From: an uncultured Thermomicrobia bacterium
GTDB taxonomy: Bacteria; Chloroflexota; Chloroflexia; Thermomicrobiales; JALYUS01
Direction of reading: 5' to 3'
Length of the DNA: 64,000 nt
NCBI GenBank assembly: GCA_937968015.1
Contig: CALBSO010000095.1
Location: 10,302 to 74,301 of the forward strand
Position numbers and translations under genes: made by a program. The notes under the pieces were generated by a model that saw only the letters and a list, made by a program, of their open reading frames with translations, had not been told where the DNA came from and did not search any database. This document shows positions 44,439 through 54,338 of the stretch, piece by piece; positions within the stretch are counted from its first letter, which is position 1, and each line of letters begins with the position of its first letter.

Positions 44439-45102
44439 GCGCGATGCCCGCCGCGCCCTTGGTGATTGCCACCTACTGCACACGATACTGATGCGCGCCT
44501 TCCCGACGCTGTCGGGGGAGTCGAACCCGCGTGCGGCGGTCGGGTTGCTCTACCGCATCGAGCCGTCGCGCGAGGCGCGTGTGTCTATCCTCGCGCAATC
44601 CGTCACCGAGCCGGATTGGTCCCGCCTCCCTGAGTGGTGCACCGAAGACCAAACCAAGTCCGTCGTCGCCTTCTACGACCGTATCGCGACGGGTCAGACG
44701 CTCACCTTCCGCCTGCGCGCGAACCCGACGAAGATTGCTGGAGAGCGCCCGGATGGTGGACATCTGGTGAATGCCCGTCGGAAGGTGCTACGTGATCCGG
44801 TAATGCAAATCGAATGGCTCGTCCGCGCGGGGGAGCGAAGTGGGTTCGATCCGGTCTTCGTCCATGTCGCCCGGCGCGCGCCCGACGGGACGATCACCGG
44901 CACGGTGGACGTGCCGGACGTTCGGATTGTGCCGGAACCAGATGTCCGAGGGAATGGCAACAGAACTCTCGGCTCTGTCCGCTTCGAGGGGCGCCTCACC
45001 GTGCGCGATGCCGACCAATTCCGCCGCACTCTCGCGGATGGGGTTGGGCGCGGCAAAGCGTACGGTTTCGGCCTCCTCTCTGTCGCACCGGCACGCCTAT
45101 AG
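44404..45102 (+). CDS. cas6e: Cas6e (CasE/Cse3) crRNA endoribonuclease
   Basis: N-terminus MFLSKLTLNLRERDARR. C-terminal glycine-rich loop (GVGRGKAYGFGLLSV). Confidence 0.92.
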   Translation: MFLSKLTLNLRERDARRALGDCHLLHTILMRAFPTLSGESNPRAAVGLLYRIEPSREARVSILAQSVTEPDWSRLPEWCTEDQTKSVVAFYDRIATGQTLTFRLRANPTKIAGERPDGGHLVNARRKVLRDPVMQIEWLVRAGERSGFDPVFVHVARRAPDGTITGTVDVPDVRIVPEPDVRGNGNRTLGSVRFEGRLTVRDADQFRRTLADGVGRGKAYGFGLLSVAPARL

Positions 45103-45163
45103 CACAGTTGTCGTTCTCTATCTGATCACTTACCTCAGCACTTTTACAACCGAGGAGTACGAC

Positions 45164-46129
45164 ATGAGCGCGAGCATGGATCTGCATCTGCTGCCCAAAA
45201 TCCGTGATGGCTGGAGTTATCTCTATGTCGAGCACGCAAAGATTGAGCAGGAGGCAAAAGGGATTGCGATCTACGACACAAATGGCGCCACGCCCGTCCC
45301 CTGTGCGTCTCTTACCCTCTTGATGCTCGGCCCCGGCACGAGCGTCAGCCACGCCGCGATCCGTGCCCTTGCGGACAACGGGTGTCTCGTCGTCTGGGCG
45401 GGTGAGGAGGGTGTCCGCTTCTACGCGCAGGGGATGGGCGAAACACGCTCCGCCGCGCGACTCTTGCGCCAGGCATGGCTCGTCTCCGATCCCGTCCGAC
45501 GGCTCGCGGTCGTGCGGCAGATGTACGAGCGCCGCTTCCCCGATCCCCTCGACCCCGATCTGACTCTCCAGCAAATTCGCGGTAAGGAGGGAGTGCGGGT
45601 GCGGGAGGCATATGCACGCGCCAGCCGTGAGGCGGGTATTGAATGGCAGGGTCGTTCGTACCGGCGCGACTCCTGGGCGAGCGCTGACCCTGTCAACCGC
45701 GCCCTCTCCTGCGCCAACAGTTGCCTCTATGGAATCTGCCATGCCGCGATTGTCTCCGCCGGATTCTCGCCCGCCCTCGGCTTCATCCACACCGGCAAGA
45801 TGCTCTCATTCGTCTACGACATCGCCGATTTATATAAGGCGGACATGACGATCCCACTCGCTTTCAAGGTCGCGGCCGCAGGGAAGGAGAAATTGGAGAG
45901 TCGCACGCGCCATGCCTGCCGCGATATCTTCTACGCCAAACGATTGCTCGCACGGATCGTAGATGACATTGACGCGGTGCTGACAGTTCCGGTTATCGAG
46001 ACGCCAGACTTCGATACGGACTTCGCCGCACCCGGTGGGCTGTGGGATCCGGATACGGGCGAGGTCGCGGGTGGGGTGAACTTCGCTGACGAACCGGAGG
46101 AGGTGCAAGATGGTGATATTCATCCTTGA
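45164..46129 (+). CDS. cas1: Cas1 integrase (type I-E)
   Basis: Start MSASMDLHLLPKIRDGWSYLYVEH follows a GAGGAG RBS. Cas1e core motifs are present. Confidence 0.92.
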   Translation: MSASMDLHLLPKIRDGWSYLYVEHAKIEQEAKGIAIYDTNGATPVPCASLTLLMLGPGTSVSHAAIRALADNGCLVVWAGEEGVRFYAQGMGETRSAARLLRQAWLVSDPVRRLAVVRQMYERRFPDPLDPDLTLQQIRGKEGVRVREAYARASREAGIEWQGRSYRRDSWASADPVNRALSCANSCLYGICHAAIVSAGFSPALGFIHTGKMLSFVYDIADLYKADMTIPLAFKVAAAGKEKLESRTRHACRDIFYAKRLLARIVDDIDAVLTVPVIETPDFDTDFAAPGGLWDPDTGEVAGGVNFADEPEEVQDGDIHP

Positions 46130-46385
46130 GCGCGTCCCGACCAGCCTGCGGGGCGAACTGACACGCTGGATGCTGGAACCGAAAGCGGGGGTCTTCATAG
46201 GCAAACTCTCGGCGATGGTACGCGAGCGACTCTGGGAAAAGATTTGCCAAGGCATGGGTGACGGGGCGGGAATGCTTTTCTACAGCGCGGACAATGAGCA
46301 AGGCTTCGCGATCCGGTACTGGGGCAGCACCACGAAGCGGATTGTAGACTTCGAGGGCATTTCGCTTGTGCAGATCCCCGCATAG
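46110..46385 (+). CDS. cas2: Cas2 (type I-E)
   Basis: 91 aa, MVIFILERVPTSLRGELTRWM. Overlaps the cas1 end by 20 nt. Confidence 0.92.
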   Translation: MVIFILERVPTSLRGELTRWMLEPKAGVFIGKLSAMVRERLWEKICQGMGDGAGMLFYSADNEQGFAIRYWGSTTKRIVDFEGISLVQIPA

Positions 46386-46401
46386 CAGCGAAAATACCAG
46401 T

Positions 46402-48992
46402 ATCGTCCCCGCGCACGCGGGGGTGAACCGGGCAAACCGCACCTCAACGCGCTCGCGGCGCAATCGTCCCCGCGCACGCGGGGGTGAACCGTCGTCCATC
46501 CCCGCTTCGTCCGCCCAGACCGCATCGTCCCCGCGCACGCGGGGGTGAACCGTGACGAAGTGGAATGAGGCGCTGGATACGATCATCGTCCCCGCGCACG
46601 CGGGGGTGAACCGTAGGCGGCGGTCTCGCTCGGTGTGGACGCGGGATCGTCCCCGCGCACGCGGGGGTGAACCGATGCTGCCGATGGGGGCGCGGATGAC
46701 GCGATCATCGTCCCCGCGCACGCGGGGGTGAACCGCACTACGACGAGGTACAGAAGGCCGCGACCGCATCGTCCCCGCGCACGCGGGGGTGAACCGGTCG
46801 CGTTGTCATCGTACTGTTCGGGCAGCGAATCGTCCCCGCGCACGCGGGGGTGAACCGTCGCGCGGCACACACCGGAGGATTTGCGCGCTATCGTCCCCGC
46901 GCACGCGGGGGTGAACCGGCCCGCGAATGGGGGACTCTCGATTGAGAGATATCGTCCCCGCGCACGCGGGGGTGAACCGTAGGACGGTTTCAACTCAACG
47001 AGAACCGCGCGATCGTCCCCGCGCACGCGGGGGTGAACCGTTCGCGCCCCGCCCGCCCTGAATGGCATTCGCATCGTCCCCGCGCACGCGGGGGTGAACC
47101 GCGTCATGAGGATCGCCGCCTGGCGTTTGGTGAATCGTCCCCGCGCACGCGGGGGTGAACCGATCGCGGTCGAGCGAGCGTGTGCGGTTGCGGGATCGTC
47201 CCCGCGCACGCGGGGGTGAACCGAGTTGGCTGAATATCTCGGAGTAAAGAGCGTCATCGTCCCCGCGCACGCGGGGGTGAACCGGCAATGGCGGAGATGG
47301 CGGAGTACCGCACGAAATCGTCCCCGCGCACGCGGGGGTGAACCGGCCACCCTCGCGGATAAGGTGCGCGCGCTCGAATCGTCCCCGCGCACGCGGGGGT
47401 GAACCGGAATGGCAGATCACGCAAGCGGCGCAATATCGATCGTCCCCGCGCACGCGGGGGTGAACCGAGTAAGATAGTCATATAGTCAAGCGACTACACA
47501 TCGTCCCCGCGCACGCGGGGGTGAACCGTTGGCGTCGGGCTGCGTCCAGTCGAGCACCTTATCGTCCCCGCGCACGCGGGGGTGAACCGGAAACCGGCGT
47601 GTGAGTATCACTATCGGCATCATCGTCCCCGCGCACGCGGGGGTGAACCGTCGTTGGGCGACCGGCGAGAGGAGCAATGGGAATCGTCCCCGCGCACGCG
47701 GGGGTGAACCGGGGAACAGGGATGAACCACTTCACCGATTGCAATCGTCCCCGCGCACGCGGGGGTGAACCGGCGAGGCCGTCCAGACTCGCCTTGGTTT
47801 CGAGATCGTCCCCGCGCACGCGGGGGTGAACCGATCGCGCGGTGCTGCCAGTGATGCACCATCGCATCGTCCCCGCGCACGCGGGGGTGAACCGGGGGCA
47901 ATCAACGCGGCGGTCGTGCAAATGATATCGTCCCCGCGCACGCGGGGGTGAACCGCCCAAGCCAATCAGGTCGGCGTCCGTCACCGAATCGTCCCCGCGC
48001 ACGCGGGGGTGAACCGTAGGCCAACCCGTTACTCGTCTGGTGGATGGCATCGTCCCCGCGCACGCGGGGGTGAACCGTCCGGGTACTGCGCCGCGCCCAG
48101 TGTGTTCGCATCGTCCCCGCGCACGCGGGGGTGAACCGTCGTGCGGCACACGAACGGGAACGTCCTCATAATCGTCCCCGCGCACGCGGGGGTGAACCGA
48201 GCAGCCCCGCCGCCAGAAACGCCAGTCCCGGATCGTCCCCGCGCACGCGGGGGTGAACCGAGATCGCCGCCCTCCGCGCTACTGTCGTCGCGATCGTCCC
48301 CGCGCACGCGGGGGTGAACCGAGCTTGCGCATGTTCGCGGACCGTCTCGAGGTATCGTCCCCGCGCACGCGGGGGTGAACCGACCAGTTAGTCAATTGGA
48401 CACCAGATAGCGGCATCGTCCCCGCGCACGCGGGGGTGAACCGTATGAGGCCGATCAATCACAACGAGTTATGATATCGTCCCCGCGCACGCGGGGGTGA
48501 ACCGGACATCGGTTACGCTCCTCCCGCCGCTGCCTGATCGTCCCCGCGCACGCGGGGGTGAACCGACCGGCACGTTCAACTGGCGCGAGGCGAACACATC
48601 GTCCCCGCGCACGCGGGGGTGAACCGTGGAAGATGAGCGGGGGACCGTCGAAAGAAAAATCGTCCCCGCGCACGCGGGGGTGAACCGGGAACGAGATTGG
48701 CATCGCACAAGATCAGTTGATCGTCCCCGCGCACGCGGGGGTGAACCGCACGAGGCGATCATGACGCCTGAGCAGATTGAATCGTCCCCGCGCACGCGGG
48801 GGTGAACCGAATGGCCGAACTTCGACCCGCACGGCAAGGCGATCGTCCCCGCGCACGCGGGGGTGAACCGTGGTTGCCATCGGCAACATGAAACGCCTGG
48901 AGATCGTCCCCGCGCACGCGGGGGTGAACCGGGGAAGGATACGCTCCCTGAGGTGATTGCGCGATCGTCCCCGCGCACGCAGGGGTGAACCG
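46402..48992 (+). CRISPR. Type I-E CRISPR array: 43 x 29-bp repeats (ATCGTCCCCGCGCACGCGGGGGTGAACCG), 42 x 32-bp spacers
   Basis: The repeat starts I spot-checked (46402, 46463, 47439, 47500, 48720, 48964) fit a strict 61-bp period, and 48964-46402 equals 42 x 61. The last repeat (48964-48992) carries a G>A change. Orientation follows from the ...AACCG 3' end and the distal degenerate repeat. Confidence 0.97.
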
Positions 48993-49127
48993 GCGGGGGA
49001 AGCAGCGAACCGAGATCATCGCCACGGTATGTAAGTGTAGCCTGACGTAATATAGTGCGATGTCAGGCGAATCTGATGTCAGCGTGTCAACGGCAATAAA
49101 TACGGCCGCCAAGCCGTAGCCTGCGCT

Positions 49128-50408
49128 TCAGTAGCCTCGATCCCAAGTGCCGATGCCAATCTCCGCACGCGCCGCCACGAAGAGCGGATCCTCGACAAGT
49201 TCCCATCGTTCCACGCCCTCCAAGATATTTGTGACCGCCCACACGAGTGCGTCAAGGCGATCCGGGCTGCTCCCGCTGGCGGGTGTCCACGTCGTCAGTT
49301 GATCTTCCAGTTCGAGAAGCGGGCGCACATGCCACGCGCGCCGCTGCTCGTATAGACTTGCGACCGGCTCCGCGCGCGTCAGTTTTCCCCGCGATGCATG
49401 CACAAGCGTTACGGGCACGTAGGGGTTCACCGTCTGCAACACCGCCGCCACCATCGCACCGCCTTGATTCGCTTCCGCGACGATCCGATCTCCGCCATGC
49501 GCCGCGAGTGCCGCGATTGCTTGTCGCGCCCAGCCATCCGGGGTGTAGCGTCCGCTGCGGTCATCAAGGACGTACACCGCGCCGTCCACACCGAGACCGA
49601 CGACCACGATCCCCGTTTCGTCGGACTCCTCGCCGCTGCTTACCGCTGGATCAACGCCGACGACGACGCGCACGAGACCGGGGGGTGATCGACGCTGGTC
49701 GAACATCGCGCGCTGCCACAACGCGCCGGGCACATCTTCAAGCAGTTCGCCGTCCAGTTCCTGCCGTCCAAGCCGCGTCCCCTGATACCGCTTGACGATC
49801 TGATCGAGGAAGGCCGGGGCAAGGTTCGCGGCATTCTCGCCCGTTGAGCCGCGCGTCACCGCCGTCGTTGGCGCATTGAGTAGGTCACGCACGAGGCGCA
49901 CGGGCCGGGGAGTTGTCGTGACGATCTGGCGCGGATCAGCACCGAGACGTAGGCCAAGTTGTAACTGATCCCAGGCGTCGGGAAACCGCCACGCCGCGAG
50001 TTCGTCCGCCCAGGCGCAGTCATGTTGCGGGCCGCGTAGCCGGTCGGGTTCGTCAGCGCTGAACGTTGTCGCGATCGCACCGTTCGGCCACGTTAACCGA
50101 CGCTTCGAGGGTTCGTAGATGGGCCGTGCGTGGTTGGGAGAGATGGACAAGATGCCGCTGGTTCCTTCTACCATTACATCGCGCACATCCGCTGCGGTCG
50201 GGCCAACGAGGGCAACGCGCCGCGCCGTGCCCTGTTCCACCTGTGCGCGCACCCACTCCGCGCCCGTGCGGGTTTTGCCCCAACCGCGTCCCGCGAGGAC
50301 AAGCCACGTTCTCCAGTCGCCGGGGGGCGGCAGTTGGTTCGGGCGGGCGATCCGCTCCCAATCCCCGCGTGGATCGAGCGCGGCAGCGAGACTAGCCGCG
50401 AGATTCAT
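49128..50408 (-). CDS. Phage terminase large subunit-like protein
   Basis: Walker-A-like motif LAGRGWGKT and a C-terminal RNaseH-like nuclease region. Start at MNLAAS overlaps the upstream gene by 17 nt. Confidence 0.8.
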   Translation of the reverse strand: MNLAASLAAALDPRGDWERIARPNQLPPPGDWRTWLVLAGRGWGKTRTGAEWVRAQVEQGTARRVALVGPTAADVRDVMVEGTSGILSISPNHARPIYEPSKRRLTWPNGAIATTFSADEPDRLRGPQHDCAWADELAAWRFPDAWDQLQLGLRLGADPRQIVTTTPRPVRLVRDLLNAPTTAVTRGSTGENAANLAPAFLDQIVKRYQGTRLGRQELDGELLEDVPGALWQRAMFDQRRSPPGLVRVVVGVDPAVSSGEESDETGIVVVGLGVDGAVYVLDDRSGRYTPDGWARQAIAALAAHGGDRIVAEANQGGAMVAAVLQTVNPYVPVTLVHASRGKLTRAEPVASLYEQRRAWHVRPLLELEDQLTTWTPASGSSPDRLDALVWAVTNILEGVERWELVEDPLFVAARAEIGIGTWDRGY

Positions 50409-50889
50409 TTGTCGCCTCCAATGCGGTGAGCCGGTGTGCGACGGCGGCGCGGGCATCTGGAAATGGGCGCAAGGCTTCGACGATCACCGCCTGCACCCGC
50501 TGCCATTCCGGGCTAATAAGGATGTTCACCGTGCTGGCGTCTTGTAGTTCGCCCAGGAGTTTCGCCTGCATCTCAATCTGGCGCTGGATGCGGTCTATCG
50601 CCTTAAGCGCCAGGTGCGCATCGTCGCGTTCCCGCGCCTCGGAGAGAATGGCAAGGCTCTCGGCATTGACGCGCGCCAGTTGCGCCACGACATCGAGCGC
50701 ATGGGCCGCGTCGCCCACCTCCTTTGCGGCGGCGAGCGCTGCGGGCAGATGCCGGTCCCGATGGCGGGCGAGCGCGTCCTCGGAAACGCGGTATAGCGCG
50801 GAGAGTTCACGCAAGGGCTTCCCGGCGACAATCTCGCGATCTATCGCCTGTGGGTCTTTGTGGGCGCAGACTGTGCATGTTCGCGGCAT
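50392..50889 (-). CDS. Small terminase-like / HTH DNA-binding protein
   Basis: N-terminal CxxC plus HTH pattern (MPRTCTVCAHKD...LSALYRVSEDALARHRDRH) followed by coiled coil. It sits directly upstream of terL. Confidence 0.5.
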   Translation of the reverse strand: MPRTCTVCAHKDPQAIDREIVAGKPLRELSALYRVSEDALARHRDRHLPAALAAAKEVGDAAHALDVVAQLARVNAESLAILSEARERDDAHLALKAIDRIQRQIEMQAKLLGELQDASTVNILISPEWQRVQAVIVEALRPFPDARAAVAHRLTALEATNESRG

Positions 50890-50892
50890 GAA

Positions 50893-51204
50893 TTATCGCC
50901 GTCCCTTCTGATACTCGGCTTGGAGCCGCATGCAGTAATCGTGATCGTCCTCGTTGGCGCACTGCTCAATGTTAACAAGCCGCCCATACTCGCGTACGGC
51001 GCAGGGTACCCACACGATGGATGTCTGTCCCGCGCGCGGCAACCAGGTGTCAAGCACCCATCCCGGTAGGCTGACGAGGGCGAGTGCGTCCTCAATGGTC
51101 AGTGAGCGGAGCGGCACTCCTAGCCGCTCCTTGAAATCTTCCGCCGATGAGATGCCGCGCTCGGCACACGCGAGGTTGAAGGCATCGGTGGGACTAATCA
51201 TCAC
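50893..51204 (-). CDS. Hypothetical island protein
   Basis: 103-aa ORF tightly packed in the operon. No family recognised. Confidence 0.4.
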   Translation of the reverse strand: MMISPTDAFNLACAERGISSAEDFKERLGVPLRSLTIEDALALVSLPGWVLDTWLPRAGQTSIVWVPCAVREYGRLVNIEQCANEDDHDYCMRLQAEYQKGRR

Positions 51205-53605
51205 TCGCCGCCCTTGTGTGCGATGCCAAGTCGATCACATTGGAAGGGCGCAAAGAGCGAGGACGTATTTCAGCGTCATCAGCGTCATCGGCGTTAATTC
51301 CGGTGCCACCAATGGCTTCGACCCGTAACGCTGTTGTGACGCTGGTAACGCTCGCAGCGTCATCGGCGTAATCACCAGCGTTATGCTTGTTTCCCTTGCT
51401 GTCATTGGCTTCGTCGGTGTCCCGTAACGCTGATAACGCTCGCAACGCTGTTTTGTCCTGTTCTTCTTGATCGGGGACGCCGAGCCATTGCAGGTGAATT
51501 TCCCGCTGTTTCGGCCATTCAACGGACAGCCCGCCGGCGCGCAAGTTCGGCGCGGAGCGCTTCAACTCCCCTGATAGCCGGGCAGCATCCGCAGGCCACC
51601 CGCGCTGTTTGCGTGTGGCCTCATCCGTGTGTGCGACCAATTCTCCCAGGAGGTTCGTCGCCGTGCCGTGCCACTCGCCTTTGCTCTTTACGAAGGTAGT
51701 CAGTGCGGTTGCGAGCGGCGATGCCTCGACAGCCAACTCGTGCGCGCTCGCCCGATTGTGGCTGTATGCGCGAAGGAAGTCGTCGGCGGTGAAGCCGAGC
51801 GCGGGGGCGGCGGCTGAAACCCAGAGCGCGAAGTCCGCCATGCGGGGCATGGTGTGTAAACGGATCGTGGGAAGGTTGCGGATTGCCATACTAACAGCGG
51901 TCAAAAGCGCGCCGATGATCGCCCGGCGCTCCTGCTCGAATGCCAGCCAGAGTTCCGCTTCTGACTGACGCTGATCGTCGGGGATGCGCCGGAGATTGAG
52001 CGGTATCAGACGGTCCAACAGGTCGCTCCGCGTGACAAAATCGGTAATGCCGTTCACGATGACAGGGCGCTGTGCGTCGATGATCGTCTCCTCGTCATCG
52101 GCGTAGAGTTCCCGCGTCGCGAACCCGCCTCCCGTCGCCAAGCGGCAGAGGGCATCACTAAGCCAAATCGGGAGCGTACTCACATTGTCGAACGCCAGAT
52201 GCCAGCCGTTCGTTGCGGCGATCATCAGGTCTCGCTCATCGCGCGGCATCGTCCGTAGCGGAGCGGCGTTCGGATCGGTCAGGGACCGCATGATGCGGGC
52301 GAGGGTGGATTTCGCGCTACCTTGCTCTCCGAAGACGCCGAGTATCGGATACGGCCCGCGCGGGCGCATCGCCGCGACGAGCGCCGCGACGAAGAGAATC
52401 CAATCGGCATCAGTGAGATTGATGAAGCGACGGAGCGTTTTTAGCGTTCCACCGTTAGCGGGCGTCGGGAGTGCGAGCATCCCCCTGGTGCGACGGAAGC
52501 GTACCGTCGAGTCGGTGACGATCCGCCAGCCGTCCCGGTCGATCTCCACGACGCGCCATGCGGCATCACCGAGGTCGAGGTAAATCGCGCCGTCGTGTTC
52601 GGCTAGCCGGATGAAGACGGGATGTTCTTCCCCATCGTATCGGGCGCAACCAGCGAGGGCGCTAACGGCATCCTGTACCGCCTGCGTGTTCGCGCTCCCG
52701 CCATACTCGCGATAGTAGCGATGTGCAAGCCACTCCTTAAAGCCGCGCGATGTGAGCCGGTGCGTTTCCCGGTGGCTGCCATTTGTGATCGTTGCGTACG
52801 GGATGCCCTGCGGCGTGTGGAACAGTTCGGCCTCGTCCGCGAGCGCGATGAGGTCGTCCCGCTGCGGCGGGCGCTTGCTTTGGCGCGGCGATGTGTCGCC
52901 CGCCTCTTCGGTGGACGCGTCTCTCGCGAGGGTGTATATCTCCTCCATCATGTGACCAGCAAATAGGAAGTCATCAAGCCCTTGCTTTCCACCGTCAGCC
53001 GCAGGCGGTAGGAAGATGTGCCGGACGTGCGCCCCTCGCCGCGAGAGGAAAGCAGTTAGTCGGTCGAGCGCATTCTTGACGTTCGGGTTCGTCATCACGT
53101 CGGAGTCGAAACAGAGGGACACGTCACGGTCATTGAGGGCGATACTCTCCCAGTCGGGCAGCGCGACCGTGCCGCCCTGTTCGTTCTTGCCACGAAAGTT
53201 GAAGACGCCAAGAAGGGCGATGCAGTTTCCGCCCTGCGATACCGCCGCATCCCCCTTCTTTACTCCTTCCGTCACGATCAACGGCACGGAGGGATCGCCA
53301 AGAATCGGACGCACGGCGGGAGGGACATCAATCACCATGCGCGATCCGGCAGGCGTCTCATACTTGATCGGTTTTCCATCCCGTACGCGGGGATTGTCGG
53401 GCCGCAACTGGTAGAGCGCAACGCCACCGGCCACGCTATGCACTGGGACGAGTAGGGCCGGGACATAGGCCTGGTACTCTGCGAAACCGAGAGCGATGGC
53501 CTCCACCGGGTCGGTGATGCTGCGGTAGCCGCGTGCTGCCTGGACTTCGTTCGTGATGCCGGACGCGGCGAGTAGGTCCGCGTGCTGCGGGAGTAGCGAC
53601 GCCAT
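51194..53605 (-). CDS. Replication protein: Toprim-like (DUF3854-type) domain + P-loop primase/helicase-type ATPase
   Basis: The N-terminal region has VTEGVKKGDA and CFDSDV acidic motifs. There is a central Walker A (GEQGSAKST). Start at MASLLPQH. Confidence 0.7.
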   Translation of the reverse strand: MASLLPQHADLLAASGITNEVQAARGYRSITDPVEAIALGFAEYQAYVPALLVPVHSVAGGVALYQLRPDNPRVRDGKPIKYETPAGSRMVIDVPPAVRPILGDPSVPLIVTEGVKKGDAAVSQGGNCIALLGVFNFRGKNEQGGTVALPDWESIALNDRDVSLCFDSDVMTNPNVKNALDRLTAFLSRRGAHVRHIFLPPAADGGKQGLDDFLFAGHMMEEIYTLARDASTEEAGDTSPRQSKRPPQRDDLIALADEAELFHTPQGIPYATITNGSHRETHRLTSRGFKEWLAHRYYREYGGSANTQAVQDAVSALAGCARYDGEEHPVFIRLAEHDGAIYLDLGDAAWRVVEIDRDGWRIVTDSTVRFRRTRGMLALPTPANGGTLKTLRRFINLTDADWILFVAALVAAMRPRGPYPILGVFGEQGSAKSTLARIMRSLTDPNAAPLRTMPRDERDLMIAATNGWHLAFDNVSTLPIWLSDALCRLATGGGFATRELYADDEETIIDAQRPVIVNGITDFVTRSDLLDRLIPLNLRRIPDDQRQSEAELWLAFEQERRAIIGALLTAVSMAIRNLPTIRLHTMPRMADFALWVSAAAPALGFTADDFLRAYSHNRASAHELAVEASPLATALTTFVKSKGEWHGTATNLLGELVAHTDEATRKQRGWPADAARLSGELKRSAPNLRAGGLSVEWPKQREIHLQWLGVPDQEEQDKTALRALSALRDTDEANDSKGNKHNAGDYADDAASVTSVTTALRVEAIGGTGINADDADDAEIRPRSLRPSNVIDLASHTRAASDD

Positions 53606-53613
53606 CAACGCAC

Positions 53614-53916
53614 CTATCCTTCGAGTGCGCCCTGTGTAGCGCGAATATAGATAACAGCGAGCGTCAAGTAGCGGGCTGCCTCCCACTCGCCGTGGTAGCG
53701 AAGGCGATGTGCTTGGCGGTCGAGTTGGGCGACGATCTCAGCCAGGGGCATAGTCGGTTCGAGTGTAGCGGAGGGATTGAATACCGTTGTCGTGTGTTTC
53801 GGTTCGATGCAGACGAAGCGAAGGAGTTGTATATCTGACCTGGTTAGTGAGGTATAGCCTATCGCCGCCGAACTGCCTGCCGTTGTCCCGGCGGTTTCGG
53901 TATTATCGGGCTGCAT
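53614..53916 (-). CDS. Hypothetical island protein (start uncertain)
   Basis: ORF packed between neighbours, with a lower-GC 5' part. Confidence 0.35.
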   Translation of the reverse strand: MQPDNTETAGTTAGSSAAIGYTSLTRSDIQLLRFVCIEPKHTTTVFNPSATLEPTMPLAEIVAQLDRQAHRLRYHGEWEAARYLTLAVIYIRATQGALEG

Positions 53917-54199
53917 CTTGTTGTCTCTGTGACCGCTCCCGCCGTGCTTTGGCACTGGCAAGGGCGAGGCGAGTGAAATGGGCTCTCCGCGCATATTCGG
54001 CGCGTCGCTGGCGTTCCTCTACGGGGAGCACGCCATTCGGGTCAACCTCTCGCTCAAATTTATTGTGAAATGCCTCGCGGGCCCTTCGGGTTGTCTCCCT
54101 GGAATCGTGCCGCGAGTGCGTGATGAGCGCACCGAGACGACCGCGTAGTGCCATTTCTGCGGGGCTAACTTGGTACGCGACGGTGATGAGGTCGGACAT
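53903..54199 (-). CDS. Hypothetical basic protein
   Basis: Start at MSDLITV follows a GGAGAGGAGG RBS. Arg-rich C-terminus. Confidence 0.45.
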   Translation of the reverse strand: MSDLITVAYQVSPAEMALRGRLGALITHSRHDSRETTRRAREAFHNKFEREVDPNGVLPVEERQRRAEYARRAHFTRLALASAKARRERSQRQQDAAR

Positions 54200-54338
54200 G
54201 AAACACGCCTCCTCTCCGCCGTTCAGTGTCGCTCGCGAGGAGTGACAGGAACTGGGAGTCAAGAGGCGGGTATATACAACGCCATATTCGTCAGAGGCTC
54301 AGGTGAGCCGTACATGCACTGTAGCACATCTACAGCCT

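Noticed and set aside
46583-48978. Multiple long minus-strand ORFs with reiterated ...SPPRARGR.../...HPRVRGDD... peptides
   Set aside because: They are translations of the 61-bp-periodic CRISPR repeats, not genes.
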